64,000 bases of DNA. Source: Candidatus Latescibacterota bacterium. Lineage in GTDB: Bacteria; Latescibacterota; UBA2968; UBA8231. Below the pieces are notes generated by a model, which saw only the letters and a program-made list of their open reading frames with translations, did not search any database and had not been told where the DNA came from. Positions 19,634-29,962 of the stretch are shown in pieces. The stretch spans positions 3,648,001-3,712,000 of the forward strand of contig OZ242214.1 in NCBI GenBank assembly GCA_965206595.1, read 5' to 3'. The position numbers and the translations under genes are program-made. Every line of letters starts with the position of its first letter. Positions within the stretch are counted from its first letter, which is position 1.

Positions 19634-21625
19634 ATGAAAGATCAGTCACAACGCGCCCAAGCCGTCTTGGAGGCATCTGAGCCGAGACAGGGCGACATGT
19701 GGTCGATTACACCCCGCGGCTTCATCGTCGGATGCCTGATGGCAGCTACTATCGCCATCGCCGTCCCCTACGGCGGCATGGTCATCCAGGGTTCCCGCCT
19801 GGGCCTGAGTGCCTGTACCCCCGCCGCCTTCTTCCTCTTCTTCGTTTTTCTGCTTACGGTTCAGGTTGTCCTTGGAGTGCTAAATCGGGCGTGGCTCCTC
19901 AAGCCGGGAGAGCTGATCGTTGTTTTCATAATGATGATGATGGCCACCGCCATCCCAACCCGTGGCGTGGTAGGCATGCTTTTGCCCATGATTACGGGCA
20001 CCTTCTACTTCGCCACGCCGGAAAACAGCTGGGCCGAGCTCATCCATCCCTTCCTGCAGGATTGGATGGTGCTTTTCGACGCGGATGCAGTCAAGGGATT
20101 TTACGAGGGCACGAGCTCCGAAATCCCATGGGGGTTGTGGGCACCACTGCTACTGAGATGGCTGCTTTTCTTCGCCGCGTTCCACCTCACCTTTCTGTGT
20201 TCCCTGGCGATTCTCAGACGCCAGTGGGTCGAGCATCAGCGCCTGGTTTTCCCTTTGGCTCAGGTCCCGCTGGCCATGATTCAGGCTGGCGAAAAAGCCG
20301 ATTCCATCATCAAGCCGTTCTTCAAGAATCCGGTAATGTGGGTCGGCTTCCTGCTCTCCTTCTGCCTGAACAGCACGAATGCATTGCATCACTACTTCGA
20401 GTCCATCCCCGCTCTCATGACCCAGTTCAGCACGGTCATCTTCCGGGACCACGTCCCGCTGAGCTTTCGCATCAACTTTCTGATGTTCGGTTTCGCCTAC
20501 TTCATCGGCTCCAACGTCTCCTTCAGCCTCTGGTTCTTCTACGTCCTCCACTTGATCCAGGTCGGCGTCTTCAACATCGTAGGCATTACCAATCCGGAGA
20601 AACTCGGGCACTGGACCGATTCGGGCCCCGTGGGCGCCATCATTGCCCATCAGATGATGGGCGCCCTCACCGTCCTCGTCCTGTTCGGTCTGTGGACCGG
20701 GCGCTCCCACATCAAAGAAGTGCTGTGGAAAGCATGGGACAAAAACGCCCCCGTCGACGATTCGCGGGAGATCATGTCCTACCGGTTCGCCGTTTTCGGG
20801 TTCCTCGTCGGGATCGGTACGATGTGGGTGTTCCTGTGGAAAACGGGTATTCCCGCCTGGATCGTACCGCTCTTCATCTTCGCAGCTCTCATTATCTGGA
20901 TCGGCTTGGCTCGAGCCGTCGCCGAGGCCGGCATTCCGACCATCACCCCAGCCATCGTGCCCGCCGGTTTTGTCATCTCCACCGTCGGCGTTCCTGCTCT
21001 GGGGATAAAGGGCATTGTCGCCACGGGAATGACACTCACCTGGGGAGGGGATCTTCTCGCCTTCATCACCGCTCCCATGGCAAATGCCATCCGTCTGGGC
21101 AGCGAAGTGACCAGGCACAGACGTGTCGTGTTCAGCGCCATGGCAACTGCCCTGCTCATCAGCTTGGTCCTCTCTGCTTGCTTCCTCGTGTACCTCGCCT
21201 ATCGGGACGGCGCACTGAATCTGCATTCCCAGTACTTCACAGGCTTTGCCCGTGCCCCCTCACAGCTGGCCGTCATGAAGCTCAACTCCCCCACCGGTCC
21301 CAACCTGGTGGGGTTGCTGTGGACAGGCGCCGGCGGCCTGATCATGGCCGCCTTGATGTTTGCCCGCCACTTATTTGTATGGTGGCCCTTCCACCCCATC
21401 GGTTTTGCCGCCAGTGCGAGCTGGGCGCTGGATGCAACTTGGCTTTCTATCTTTTTTGCCTGGCTTATCAAGGTCATCGTTCTGCAGTTCGGTGGCCCAA
21501 CCATATACGAGAAGACCAAGCCGTTTTTCATGGGAATCATCATGGGGCAGTTCGTGGTGGGCGGGTTCTGGGTGATCGTCGACGCCTTCACCGGCATGCG
21601 AGGCAACGTCATCCGGGTGTACTGA
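19634..21625 (+). CDS. polytopic membrane protein, DUF6785/DUF6784-like (putative transporter)
   Basis: Many TM helices; RRQWVEHQRLVFPLAQVP, RAVAEAG, WWPFHPIGF, PFFMGII.G motifs. Confidence 0.8.
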   Translation: MKDQSQRAQAVLEASEPRQGDMWSITPRGFIVGCLMAATIAIAVPYGGMVIQGSRLGLSACTPAAFFLFFVFLLTVQVVLGVLNRAWLLKPGELIVVFIMMMMATAIPTRGVVGMLLPMITGTFYFATPENSWAELIHPFLQDWMVLFDADAVKGFYEGTSSEIPWGLWAPLLLRWLLFFAAFHLTFLCSLAILRRQWVEHQRLVFPLAQVPLAMIQAGEKADSIIKPFFKNPVMWVGFLLSFCLNSTNALHHYFESIPALMTQFSTVIFRDHVPLSFRINFLMFGFAYFIGSNVSFSLWFFYVLHLIQVGVFNIVGITNPEKLGHWTDSGPVGAIIAHQMMGALTVLVLFGLWTGRSHIKEVLWKAWDKNAPVDDSREIMSYRFAVFGFLVGIGTMWVFLWKTGIPAWIVPLFIFAALIIWIGLARAVAEAGIPTITPAIVPAGFVISTVGVPALGIKGIVATGMTLTWGGDLLAFITAPMANAIRLGSEVTRHRRVVFSAMATALLISLVLSACFLVYLAYRDGALNLHSQYFTGFARAPSQLAVMKLNSPTGPNLVGLLWTGAGGLIMAALMFARHLFVWWPFHPIGFAASASWALDATWLSIFFAWLIKVIVLQFGGPTIYEKTKPFFMGIIMGQFVVGGFWVIVDAFTGMRGNVIRVY

Positions 21626-21667
21626 CGCGCTTGCGGGCACTGATCACCTTCTATGACACACCGATCC

Positions 21668-22354
21668 TCAAGGCGTTAAAAAAGCCTCTGGCCCCAGCAC
21701 CGCTGTCGTGAACCGGACTTTTCGGATGGCGCCTTTGTACCAATACACCTTGTTGAGGCGCACGCCCAGCGATGTTCCGCCCTGCGTCTGCGCCTCAAAC
21801 ATGACGTCGCAGGACATTTCAAATCTGCCGTTGACATAATGACGCATTTCTTTGCCGTCTAAAACGATTGCTGCGTGATACCAGCGGCCTATGGGGTGCT
21901 TGAAGTCCTTTGCATAGAGGGTGTAGTTGTTTTCGCCAGATTTCACAAAGGTATCCAGGAACCAATGGTCGTCGTCGGTGAGGCGGGTTTCGAACATCAC
22001 GCGATCTTCGCTGTCGTCTTCTTGCATGTGGAAGAAACGTTGCTCTTTCAAGCCATTCGGGTAGGGCTGGAAGATGACTTCAACGGTAAAGACCTCGGCG
22101 CCGGCCAAGGGATGCGTGGGCAGGAAGATGCCGTCATCATCGCCGTCAAACTCCAGGACCTTTCCGTTTGTTGTTACGATCACCTTCGGATTGCCCACCA
22201 CTTCCACTTTATGCCCGCTGACTGTCTCCAGATTGTCCAGTTCCCAGACCACCTGTTTCACAAGCTTTCCCTCCTGGCCACCTGTGGACGACACGCAGGC
22301 CAAGCACAAAAATAAGCACAACATCTTGCCTTTCACGAATTCGCCTGTTCCCAT
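21668..22354 (-). CDS. LamG/concanavalin A-like domain secreted protein
   Basis: LEFDGDDD, WYHAAIVLDG..YVNG, YKGAIRKVRF..AVL. Confidence 0.8.
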   Translation of the reverse strand: MGTGEFVKGKMLCLFLCLACVSSTGGQEGKLVKQVVWELDNLETVSGHKVEVVGNPKVIVTTNGKVLEFDGDDDGIFLPTHPLAGAEVFTVEVIFQPYPNGLKEQRFFHMQEDDSEDRVMFETRLTDDDHWFLDTFVKSGENNYTLYAKDFKHPIGRWYHAAIVLDGKEMRHYVNGRFEMSCDVMFEAQTQGGTSLGVRLNKVYWYKGAIRKVRFTTAVLGPEAFLTP

Positions 22355-22377
22355 CGGTACTCTTGAATGGCTTGGCT

Positions 22378-24075
22378 TCAGAGGCCCTCTTCGACCACTG
22401 AATAGGCATTTATTGGCAGATCCGTCAAACGCTGCAGGGCCCCTCCCGGCCAATGAACATGAAGCGAATCGACTGCTGTTGCCTGGCCCAAGCCAAAGTG
22501 CAGACGCCGATCGCTGCTGCTCAAAAAACTGTCGCCGCAGAGCACATCCCGCCTTTGCTGCTGTCCCCCACTCCACAAGTACACCTTGGCCCCAACCCCC
22601 TGGCTATTGGCCCCTACCCCCACCAGAGACAGCCCCAGCCAATTGTGCTGCCCAACAGCGACGTTGCGCAACAGCGTCGGCCGCTCGTCGAGATTGGTTA
22701 CAAAGAGGTCCGGGCGACCATCGTTGTCAAAATCTCCTGCTACCACACCCCGACTTACTGCTCCAGTTCGGGCCGCCCCTGCCGCCGGCCACACCAAGGT
22801 AAAATGGCCGCCGTCGTTGTCGTAAAGGTGGTTGGCTTGCCCGTAGGTAGTAGCACTTCCCGTCACCTCCACCTGGGGATAGACATGGCCGTTGGCGACA
22901 AAGAGATCCAAGTCCGCGTCGTTGTCATAGTCGATAAAAACCGTTCCGAACCCCACAAGAGGTAGACTGGTGCGGGCGAGACCCACGGCAAAGCTAATGT
23001 CTTTAAAAGTGCCGTCCCCCCCATTGCGGTAGAGGGTGTTGTAATCGTCCTCAAAATTGCTGACGAAGAGATCGGCCTCCCCATCGTTGTCGTAGTCGCC
23101 TAAAGCCACCCCCATCCCGGCCTGGGGCAGTCCCATTTCGTTAAAAGCCGCATTGGCCTGCAGACCAATCTCGACAAAGGTGCCATCGCCGTTGTTGCGG
23201 TAGAGGAAATTGGGCGTCGAGTCGTTGGCGATGTATAGATCGGCATCGCCGTCGCTGTCGAGGTCGGCGAACAGCACCCCAAACCCGTAACCTGGTTCCT
23301 CTTGCCCGACCCCACTGGACGCGGTGATGTTGGCAAAGGTACCATCACTATTATTGCGAAAGAGCAGGTCGGGCACCGCCGGCAGGCTCAAAGGGCCGAC
23401 AAAGACATCTTTGCCTTTCCACTGCGTTCCCAAGGGCCGAATGGCTTCTAACTCGAAATCGGCATAGTTGGCCACGTATAGATCCAAGTCGCCGTCCAGA
23501 TCGCAATCTCCCATAGCCGCGCCGGTACTCCACTCCGGCGCTTCCACTCCCGCCTGAGTCGTCACATCGGCAAAGTCCCCTTTGCCATCGTTGCGGTAGA
23601 GGATATTCTGCTGCAGGCAGGTGACATACAAATCGACATCGCCGTCGTTGTCGTAGTCGGCACTCAGCGCCCCCATTCCCCAGCCGTAGCCCGGCGCCCC
23701 CTGCGCAGTGGCCACATCGGCAAAGCCCCTTTCGCCGTCGTTGCGGTAGAGGGCATTGCCCCCGCCTTGCCCCAAGTCTTCCAGCTGGGCGCCATTGACC
23801 CAATAAATGTCCAGATCGCCATCGCCCTCGGCATCCAACAATGCTGCACCTCCGCCTTTAGCCTCGACGATATATCGCTTTTCCGAGCCACCGCCCATAT
23901 GGCGACGGGTCACGCCCCACGCCGCCGACATATCGACAAAAGGGCCATGCGCATCTGTTGCGGTTGACGCGGGAAGATTGGCTGGTGGAGTGGATTGAGA
24001 ACAGGTTGCCAAAGCGAACAACGCCAAAGCGAGGGGGGCGGATAATCCGCTCGGACATTTTCCAGCTGTTGACAT
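22378..24075 (-). CDS. CRTAC1 family protein (FG-GAP plus ASPIC/UnbV)
   Basis: KRYIVEAKGGGAA, DYDNDGD.DLYV repeats, QAGMG, FLSSSDRRLHFGLG; start uncertain (up to 24138). Confidence 0.9.
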   Translation of the reverse strand: MSTAGKCPSGLSAPLALALFALATCSQSTPPANLPASTATDAHGPFVDMSAAWGVTRRHMGGGSEKRYIVEAKGGGAALLDAEGDGDLDIYWVNGAQLEDLGQGGGNALYRNDGERGFADVATAQGAPGYGWGMGALSADYDNDGDVDLYVTCLQQNILYRNDGKGDFADVTTQAGVEAPEWSTGAAMGDCDLDGDLDLYVANYADFELEAIRPLGTQWKGKDVFVGPLSLPAVPDLLFRNNSDGTFANITASSGVGQEEPGYGFGVLFADLDSDGDADLYIANDSTPNFLYRNNGDGTFVEIGLQANAAFNEMGLPQAGMGVALGDYDNDGEADLFVSNFEDDYNTLYRNGGDGTFKDISFAVGLARTSLPLVGFGTVFIDYDNDADLDLFVANGHVYPQVEVTGSATTYGQANHLYDNDGGHFTLVWPAAGAARTGAVSRGVVAGDFDNDGRPDLFVTNLDERPTLLRNVAVGQHNWLGLSLVGVGANSQGVGAKVYLWSGGQQQRRDVLCGDSFLSSSDRRLHFGLGQATAVDSLHVHWPGGALQRLTDLPINAYSVVEEGL

Positions 24076-24172
24076 AAAGCTCCTGACGCCCTCTTGACAC
24101 TCCGGCAGAGAGTGCATTACTTGCGCTTTTACAGTCACCCGCCGGAAGGGGCTCCCCGGAGGAATCCATTAA

Positions 24173-26143
24173 GTGCAGTCCCCGAGGCTATTTCTCATTG
24201 CCTTGACGTGCCTGATCGCCGCCTGCGGCGCTGACGATGGCCTTGTTGTCGCCGAGGTCGACAGCTACTCCATTACCGCTCCAGCGCTCCGGACCTATGT
24301 CGAACGACTTCCACCCAACCTTCAAATAGTCGCCGGAGATTCCACCGCAAAGCGCCAATATCTCCAAGCGCTCATCGACCGCCGACTGCTGCTCTTAGAA
24401 GCCCGTGCCCGCGGCTTGGACACCACCGGCGCCGTGAAACAAACCCAAGCGACCGCCGACAGCCCCGAGAGTGAAAATCTACTGCTCGAAGTCCTGAAAA
24501 ACACCGTTGGCGATTCATCCCTTTCCGAAGGTGAAATCCGCCGCTTCTACCGCAACCGTCCCGAACTTTTCTACGACGAATCCACCCAGACACCACAACC
24601 ATACGAAAAAGCCGGGGCTCGTGCCCGCAGCCTTTTGTTGGGCCAGCGCAGCGAAACAGATCTGCAACTGCTTTTGGCTCAGGTACGGCAAAAATACCAC
24701 CCGCAGATCCGCGTCTACCCCGACCGCCTCGAGCGTGCCCTGAGCGATTCCCTGCTCCAAACCAGAGACCAGCGGCGCGCGGTCCAGCTCAGCCGCCGCG
24801 GCGGCGCTTTACTGCAGCAGGGCCGGCCTCGCCGGGCCCTCACCGCGTTGGAGCGGGCAATAGCATTTAACCCTGCTTTGGACAAAGCTCACTTCAATCG
24901 CGGCCTTGCCCACGCCCGCCTCAACCAACACGACCAGGCCCTGTCCGCCTTCGAACGGGCAATCGAACTCAATCACCACACCGGCGACTACTTTTACGCT
25001 CTCGGCGCCGCCCTGCAGGCCCAACACCGCTATGCCGAAGCGGCTATTCACTTGCAAAGAGCAATCGAGCTGGCCCCAGACCAACCCCACTACCACTTCC
25101 GCCTGGGAGAGACTTTTCGCTCCCTTGTCGCCCTCGAAGAGGCTCGAAGGGCCTACGCCGCCGCCCTCCGTCTGCAACCGGACCTAAGCGATGCCCGCTA
25201 CCGGTACAGCGACCTGCTCGGCCGCAGCGGCGATCTGGTGGGGGCGGCCGAGGGCTTTGAACGCATCCTTGTCCAAGAGCCGCGCAATGTCTCAGCCCTT
25301 GTCGGATTGGCCTGGGTCCACACCAAAGCTGAACAGCACCACCGAGCCGTCCTATCCCTGCAACAGGCCACCCGTCTGGCGCCCGATAATGCCAACGCCC
25401 ACTATCTTTTGAGCCAGGCCTACGCCCAAATCGATCAGCAAGCCCAAGCCGATTCCGTACTGGTAATTTTCAAGCGCCTGAGCACCGCCGAGCGCCACTA
25501 CAACGAGGGCGTCAAGAACATCAAACAAAGAAACTGGGGTCGGGCCAGCGCCCTTTTGACCCAGGCTATCCAGATCGATTCCACCTACCTGCAGGCCTAT
25601 GTCGGCCTGGGCAAGGTGCATCTCTACCAAAATGCTCCGGACAAAGGCATCGCTGTTTTTGCGCGAGCCCTCGACCTCGATTCCAGCAACCTCGAAGTCC
25701 GCTGCCTTCTGGGCGAAGCGCATCTTGTAAGAGAAAAACCCGACTCGGCCCAGCATTTCTTTGCCGGCGCTCTTGACCTGGATTCTACCTCGGTGCGGGC
25801 GCACTACGGCCGGGGCCAAGCGGCCTATCAAAGCGGCGACTGGGCCGCCGCGCTAGCCGCCTTCCAAGCAGCGCTAACCATCGATGCCGACCACGGCGAC
25901 ACCTACTACCAGTTGGGCCTGACTTACTTGAAGCTGGGCAAACACCGCAAGGCGGCATACAGCCTGCAGCAATGTCTCGAGATCGACCCTGACGATGTTC
26001 AGGCCAACTACGCACTGGGCACTTTGTATATGCATTACGGCGAACCGCAGCTGGCACGGCGGGCCTTCGACAAAGTGCTCGAGCAAGACCCCAACTACGC
26101 AAAAGCGCGAGAGAAGCGGGCGCAACTCGAGCACGAAAACTGA
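24173..26143 (+). CDS. lipoprotein: SurA/PrsA-like N-terminal core fused to a long TPR array
   Basis: Lipobox IAAC; YLQALIDRRLLLLEA; more than 10 TPR units. Confidence 0.85.
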   Translation: MQSPRLFLIALTCLIAACGADDGLVVAEVDSYSITAPALRTYVERLPPNLQIVAGDSTAKRQYLQALIDRRLLLLEARARGLDTTGAVKQTQATADSPESENLLLEVLKNTVGDSSLSEGEIRRFYRNRPELFYDESTQTPQPYEKAGARARSLLLGQRSETDLQLLLAQVRQKYHPQIRVYPDRLERALSDSLLQTRDQRRAVQLSRRGGALLQQGRPRRALTALERAIAFNPALDKAHFNRGLAHARLNQHDQALSAFERAIELNHHTGDYFYALGAALQAQHRYAEAAIHLQRAIELAPDQPHYHFRLGETFRSLVALEEARRAYAAALRLQPDLSDARYRYSDLLGRSGDLVGAAEGFERILVQEPRNVSALVGLAWVHTKAEQHHRAVLSLQQATRLAPDNANAHYLLSQAYAQIDQQAQADSVLVIFKRLSTAERHYNEGVKNIKQRNWGRASALLTQAIQIDSTYLQAYVGLGKVHLYQNAPDKGIAVFARALDLDSSNLEVRCLLGEAHLVREKPDSAQHFFAGALDLDSTSVRAHYGRGQAAYQSGDWAAALAAFQAALTIDADHGDTYYQLGLTYLKLGKHRKAAYSLQQCLEIDPDDVQANYALGTLYMHYGEPQLARRAFDKVLEQDPNYAKAREKRAQLEHEN

Positions 26144-26215
26144 AATGGCGGGAATGGGGGTCGGGGACGCGATCGGCTTGACCGCTTCGCTCACCGGCAG
26201 CGAAACTGGCGGGTG

Positions 26216-28165
26216 CTAGTGCTCTTCAATCCACAGCACCCGGTTGATTTTAGAGCTGCCGCCGACGGTTTGTTTTTTGCCGTTTGCCCAAGTGACTTTG
26301 ATCGAAGAATACTCGCTGTTTTCACCTAGGCCAAGGTAAAGGGGATACTCACTGTGAGATATAAAGCCAGATTTGCCGTCGTAGACCCGGTGAAGTTTTT
26401 GCCCATCTGGCAAGGCCACCTCAATTCTTGTGCCGATACCGCTGCGATTGTTCTCCACCCCTCTAAACCTCAATTTCAGATAGTTGATGCTTTTCTTGTC
26501 AGCTAGGTTACTTATGAGAATTTGTGGGTGAGAGTAGTTCTCATTAGTAACAATATCGAGATCACCGTCATTATCTAAATCGAAAATCGCTGACGAGCGG
26601 GAGCCCAGCGATCCGAAAACCGTAATAACACCTTCGTGTTTTCCTTCACAGTCGAACTTGACGTACTCGGTTGCACAATCGCGCGTAAAAATTGGGGTCT
26701 TTGTTTTTTCATCCTTACGTGGCTCGATATTCAAGAGGCCAGCTACCTCGACAAAACTCTCGCCTCGCTGATTGAGCCGCAGGGAATTCGGCCAGTACCG
26801 CCAAGGGTAATTCATACTGGCAGTGATAAAAACGTCCTCGAAGCCATCGGCGTTGACATCTTCAACACTCACGCCCCATGGCCAGTAGTTTTCGAGGCCC
26901 AGTTCATCGGATTTTTCTCGATAAAACACCCCGTCCTTGCCCTTGGCACCCTCAAAGAAGGCGTTTCCCCAAATAACCTGCTTGTCCTCTAGCTTCTTCA
27001 AGAAGTGTTGCTTCAGCTTTTCTTTGGGCACTTGCGAGACGGCGATATCAGATTTCAGGTTTCTTTGAGATGGCTTAAAACTGGCCCTCGCGCTCGGTCG
27101 CCGCGGATTTGCCCAGATCATATCAGCGTGCATGTCGGTGACAAAAAGATCGAAAAGGCCGTCATTGTTATAGTCGAAACTGTTGACACCTTGAGACCCG
27201 TGTGGGCTCTTTCGAAAATACTCTTGCGTCATGCGCTGAAAAGATTTTCCATTCTGATTGACGAAAGCTTCGTCGCGGCGATGCATGTCCAACACATAGA
27301 GATCCATCCACCCGTCCTGATTGATATCCAATATAGTGGCATCCCCCGACCACATCTGATCGCTCAATCCGACTTTTTCAGTGACGTCTACAAATGTGCC
27401 ATTGACGTTTCGGTAGAGCTTGTTGCTTTCAAAAGTTCCCTCACGCATATGTAACATCGGCGCCTGGACGACGGGAATGTAATATCCGTCTGCTTCGTCT
27501 TTTTTTCTCCCGGTAAACTTGCCAGTATTCAAAACGTAGAGGTCGAGCCAGCCATCGCCATCATAGTCAAAAAACACTGGCGCCGATGAATGAAAGTGCG
27601 AATCCAGCCCCACCTCTTCAGTCACGTCTCTAAAAGTTCCATCACCTTGATTGGCGAACAGGATATTGCCAATTCGCGTGGTAGTGACATACAGATCAGG
27701 GTCGCCGTCATTGTCGTAGTCAGCAAATCCGGCGCTGGCGGCGATCTTGCCGTCAGTGCCCACGCCAGCTGACTCTGTAACATTCTCAAATTTTCCGCCA
27801 CCAACATTTCGCCACAATTGGCTGCTGCCGATATGACTGACAAAGTAAATGTCAAGCCAGCCATCGTTGTCGTAATCAGCAATGGCGAGGCCATTTTCGT
27901 GGCGATAGTAGAAAATCCTGCCGCCCGTTTTCAGGAGGTCGACCATGGTCTGGTGTTTGAAATCTATGCCTGATTCCGGACGGCGGTCTTCAAACTGGAA
28001 CTGGTTGAATGCCAGCATCTTGTTGCGGTTCTCAACCTGTTCGCTCTTGATTTCCTTGATCCAGTTGTCCTCGCTACCAAAGCCCTTGAATTGTTCTTCT
28101 GGATCGGAGCAGGCGGTGACGGTCAACGTGACTATCGACAGGTGAACGAGAGGTTTTTTGCTCAT
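26216..28165 (-). CDS. CRTAC1 family lipoprotein (FG-GAP plus ASPIC/UnbV), lower GC than its neighbours
   Basis: VTAC lipobox; DYDNDG repeats; GSRSSAIFDLDNDGDLDI; SGFISHS..LYLGLG. Confidence 0.88.
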   Translation of the reverse strand: MSKKPLVHLSIVTLTVTACSDPEEQFKGFGSEDNWIKEIKSEQVENRNKMLAFNQFQFEDRRPESGIDFKHQTMVDLLKTGGRIFYYRHENGLAIADYDNDGWLDIYFVSHIGSSQLWRNVGGGKFENVTESAGVGTDGKIAASAGFADYDNDGDPDLYVTTTRIGNILFANQGDGTFRDVTEEVGLDSHFHSSAPVFFDYDGDGWLDLYVLNTGKFTGRKKDEADGYYIPVVQAPMLHMREGTFESNKLYRNVNGTFVDVTEKVGLSDQMWSGDATILDINQDGWMDLYVLDMHRRDEAFVNQNGKSFQRMTQEYFRKSPHGSQGVNSFDYNNDGLFDLFVTDMHADMIWANPRRPSARASFKPSQRNLKSDIAVSQVPKEKLKQHFLKKLEDKQVIWGNAFFEGAKGKDGVFYREKSDELGLENYWPWGVSVEDVNADGFEDVFITASMNYPWRYWPNSLRLNQRGESFVEVAGLLNIEPRKDEKTKTPIFTRDCATEYVKFDCEGKHEGVITVFGSLGSRSSAIFDLDNDGDLDIVTNENYSHPQILISNLADKKSINYLKLRFRGVENNRSGIGTRIEVALPDGQKLHRVYDGKSGFISHSEYPLYLGLGENSEYSSIKVTWANGKKQTVGGSSKINRVLWIEEH

Positions 28166-28281
28166 TAGAATGACCTCAAGAGAAAGTTGATGCTTCCTAT
28201 CTAGTAGTTATCCGAGCCCACTGTCAAACGGGCGGAGTGGGCCACTAGGCCGCTGTTTCAGGGCTGTGGTGGCAGCGGCTG

Positions 28282-29720
28282 CTACGACCCCCAGGTGCGT
28301 TCCCAGCGCGCGTAGATGCCCCGCGCTTCCCCCTGTCTCGTATCGAGGGCAAGGGCCAGACGATTGTCGCCGTTCCTGGATTCGAGGCGCAACGACGTCG
28401 TGTCTTGAACAGCCGGACTGCTGCCGGGGCCCTCGAAAACCTCCCGTCCGTTCCACCACACCTTTACCGGACCATCGTAGCCGAGGTGGACGTCGACCAG
28501 GTCCCATGGCCCCACTTCGATGTCCACGACAAAGTATACGAATCCGCCGCGGCTTTCGATGACGTTGCCGGCATCGATGAAGTTGTAGCCAGGCGTATGA
28601 GGAGTACCATCCTCGGGCATACGCACCGGACCAAATTTCCGCGAGCCCGCCTCCGGATCAGGCTCAGCTGCCGCCTCGAGGCCGCGATGGGTCTCCACCA
28701 GATCGCTGACCAGCATTTCGTCGATGAAATCGGCTCCGGAGAGGACGTCGGCTACGTAGATGTCCGGCTTCGTCCACTGGTCCAGCTTCGGGTCTTCGTT
28801 GGCGATGGCGTTGCTGTAGAAGCTGAGGGAAAACCGATGGCTGTTATCCGGGCGGCGGGCGACGCCCATGTAGGAGTTGTCCGGGTGAAGCCCGGGCGGT
28901 AGCACGCAATCAGGAAGCATTCACCATCAATGACCCTGAAGATGCCCGTGTGTGCGGCATGGTCTTCTTCCTCGTGTATGCGGATGTCGATCGGGTCCCA
29001 GCCGCCCGAGATGTAGACCCGGCCATCTACGGTCCAGCAGGCGGGACCGGTCACTCCGACCTCCAGTTGCTGCATATCCCACTTCTCGAACGGGTGTTGG
29101 CTGTGGCACAGTTTGGGTTTCTTGAGGCCGCTTTCGCACCGCATGAGCATCGTGGCGGTGCCGTCAGGCAGGATTTCCAGATAGCATTCGTTCGCCATAT
29201 CCTCCGGTGGATCGTTTATTGGTCGGACATCGACCCAGTTGCGGCCATCTTCACTCTCGAACCAGTGCACCCCATACGGTTGCCCGTAACGACATCCCGC
29301 GCAGTAGTGCTTGCCCCGATGCCAGACGGGACGCCACAACGCGAAATTGCAAGTCCCTTCATAGGGCTCAAAGGGCGTCCAGTGATCGCCGTTCTCCGTG
29401 ACGGCACAGCCCGACAGCACCGGATGGCTGTCGGTGGGATCGACATAAAAAGTGCAGTACAACCTGCGTCTGCAGTACAACCTGCGTCCGTCCGGGTAGA
29501 GGTGAGAATCGCGCGTGTCATCGTCGCGGCGCAGCACGGCCACCCTGTCCCATGTGACCCCCGCATCGCGACTGCGCTGAACGATGCGACCGGAATCGTC
29601 CTGATGGTGGACATCGCCCTGGCGATACTCCCCGTAGAGTTCCCCCTTGAACCAGCTCGCTCCGGTGAACGCATTGTGCAGGCGGTCATTCGTTATGCGA
29701 CGGATGCTGAGAACTTTCAT
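28282..29720 (-). pseudogene. BNR/sialidase-like beta-propeller protein split by a frameshift
   Basis: HNAFT, SRDAGVTW, ESEDGRNW Asp-box-like motifs in 28752-29720; continuation (LPPG..DNSYMG..LSFYS) in another frame from about 28915. Confidence 0.7.
29453..29488. repeat. 18-bp perfect tandem duplication
   Basis: TGCAGTACAACCTGCGTC x2 (gives RRLYC-RRRLYC on the minus strand). Confidence 0.9.
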
Positions 29721-29881
29721 CGAGTTGACTCTCTATGACTTTCGTGGTATGCCGAGCTCACCGGAACAGGGCGAGGGACTGCTCGATGTCCGCCTTACCG
29801 CCGTGCTTCTATGCCGAAAACTCGTCGTCGTGGCTTGCGCCGGGCGCTCGGGGCTCCGCCGGAGTGACTTCAGTTTTTTGC

Positions 29882-29910
29882 TTGACATTTGCCTTCATTA
29901 TATATACCTT
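29882..29910 (+). promoter_or_regulatory. sigma70-type promoter
   Basis: TTGACA-17 nt-TACCTT, upstream of GGGAGG RBS and ATG 29963. Confidence 0.65.
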
Positions 29911-29962
29911 CACCCCGCATTGCCAGAAAGAGCAATGGATTTTCCTTTTAGGGAGGGATGAA

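Noticed and set aside
19699-21711. 670-aa alternative-frame ORF over the membrane protein gene
   Set aside because: Arg/His/Pro-rich frame-shift shadow of a hydrophobic gene
28190-28260. Integron attC site
   Set aside because: No RYYYAAC...GTTRRRY core pair and no integrase in the window
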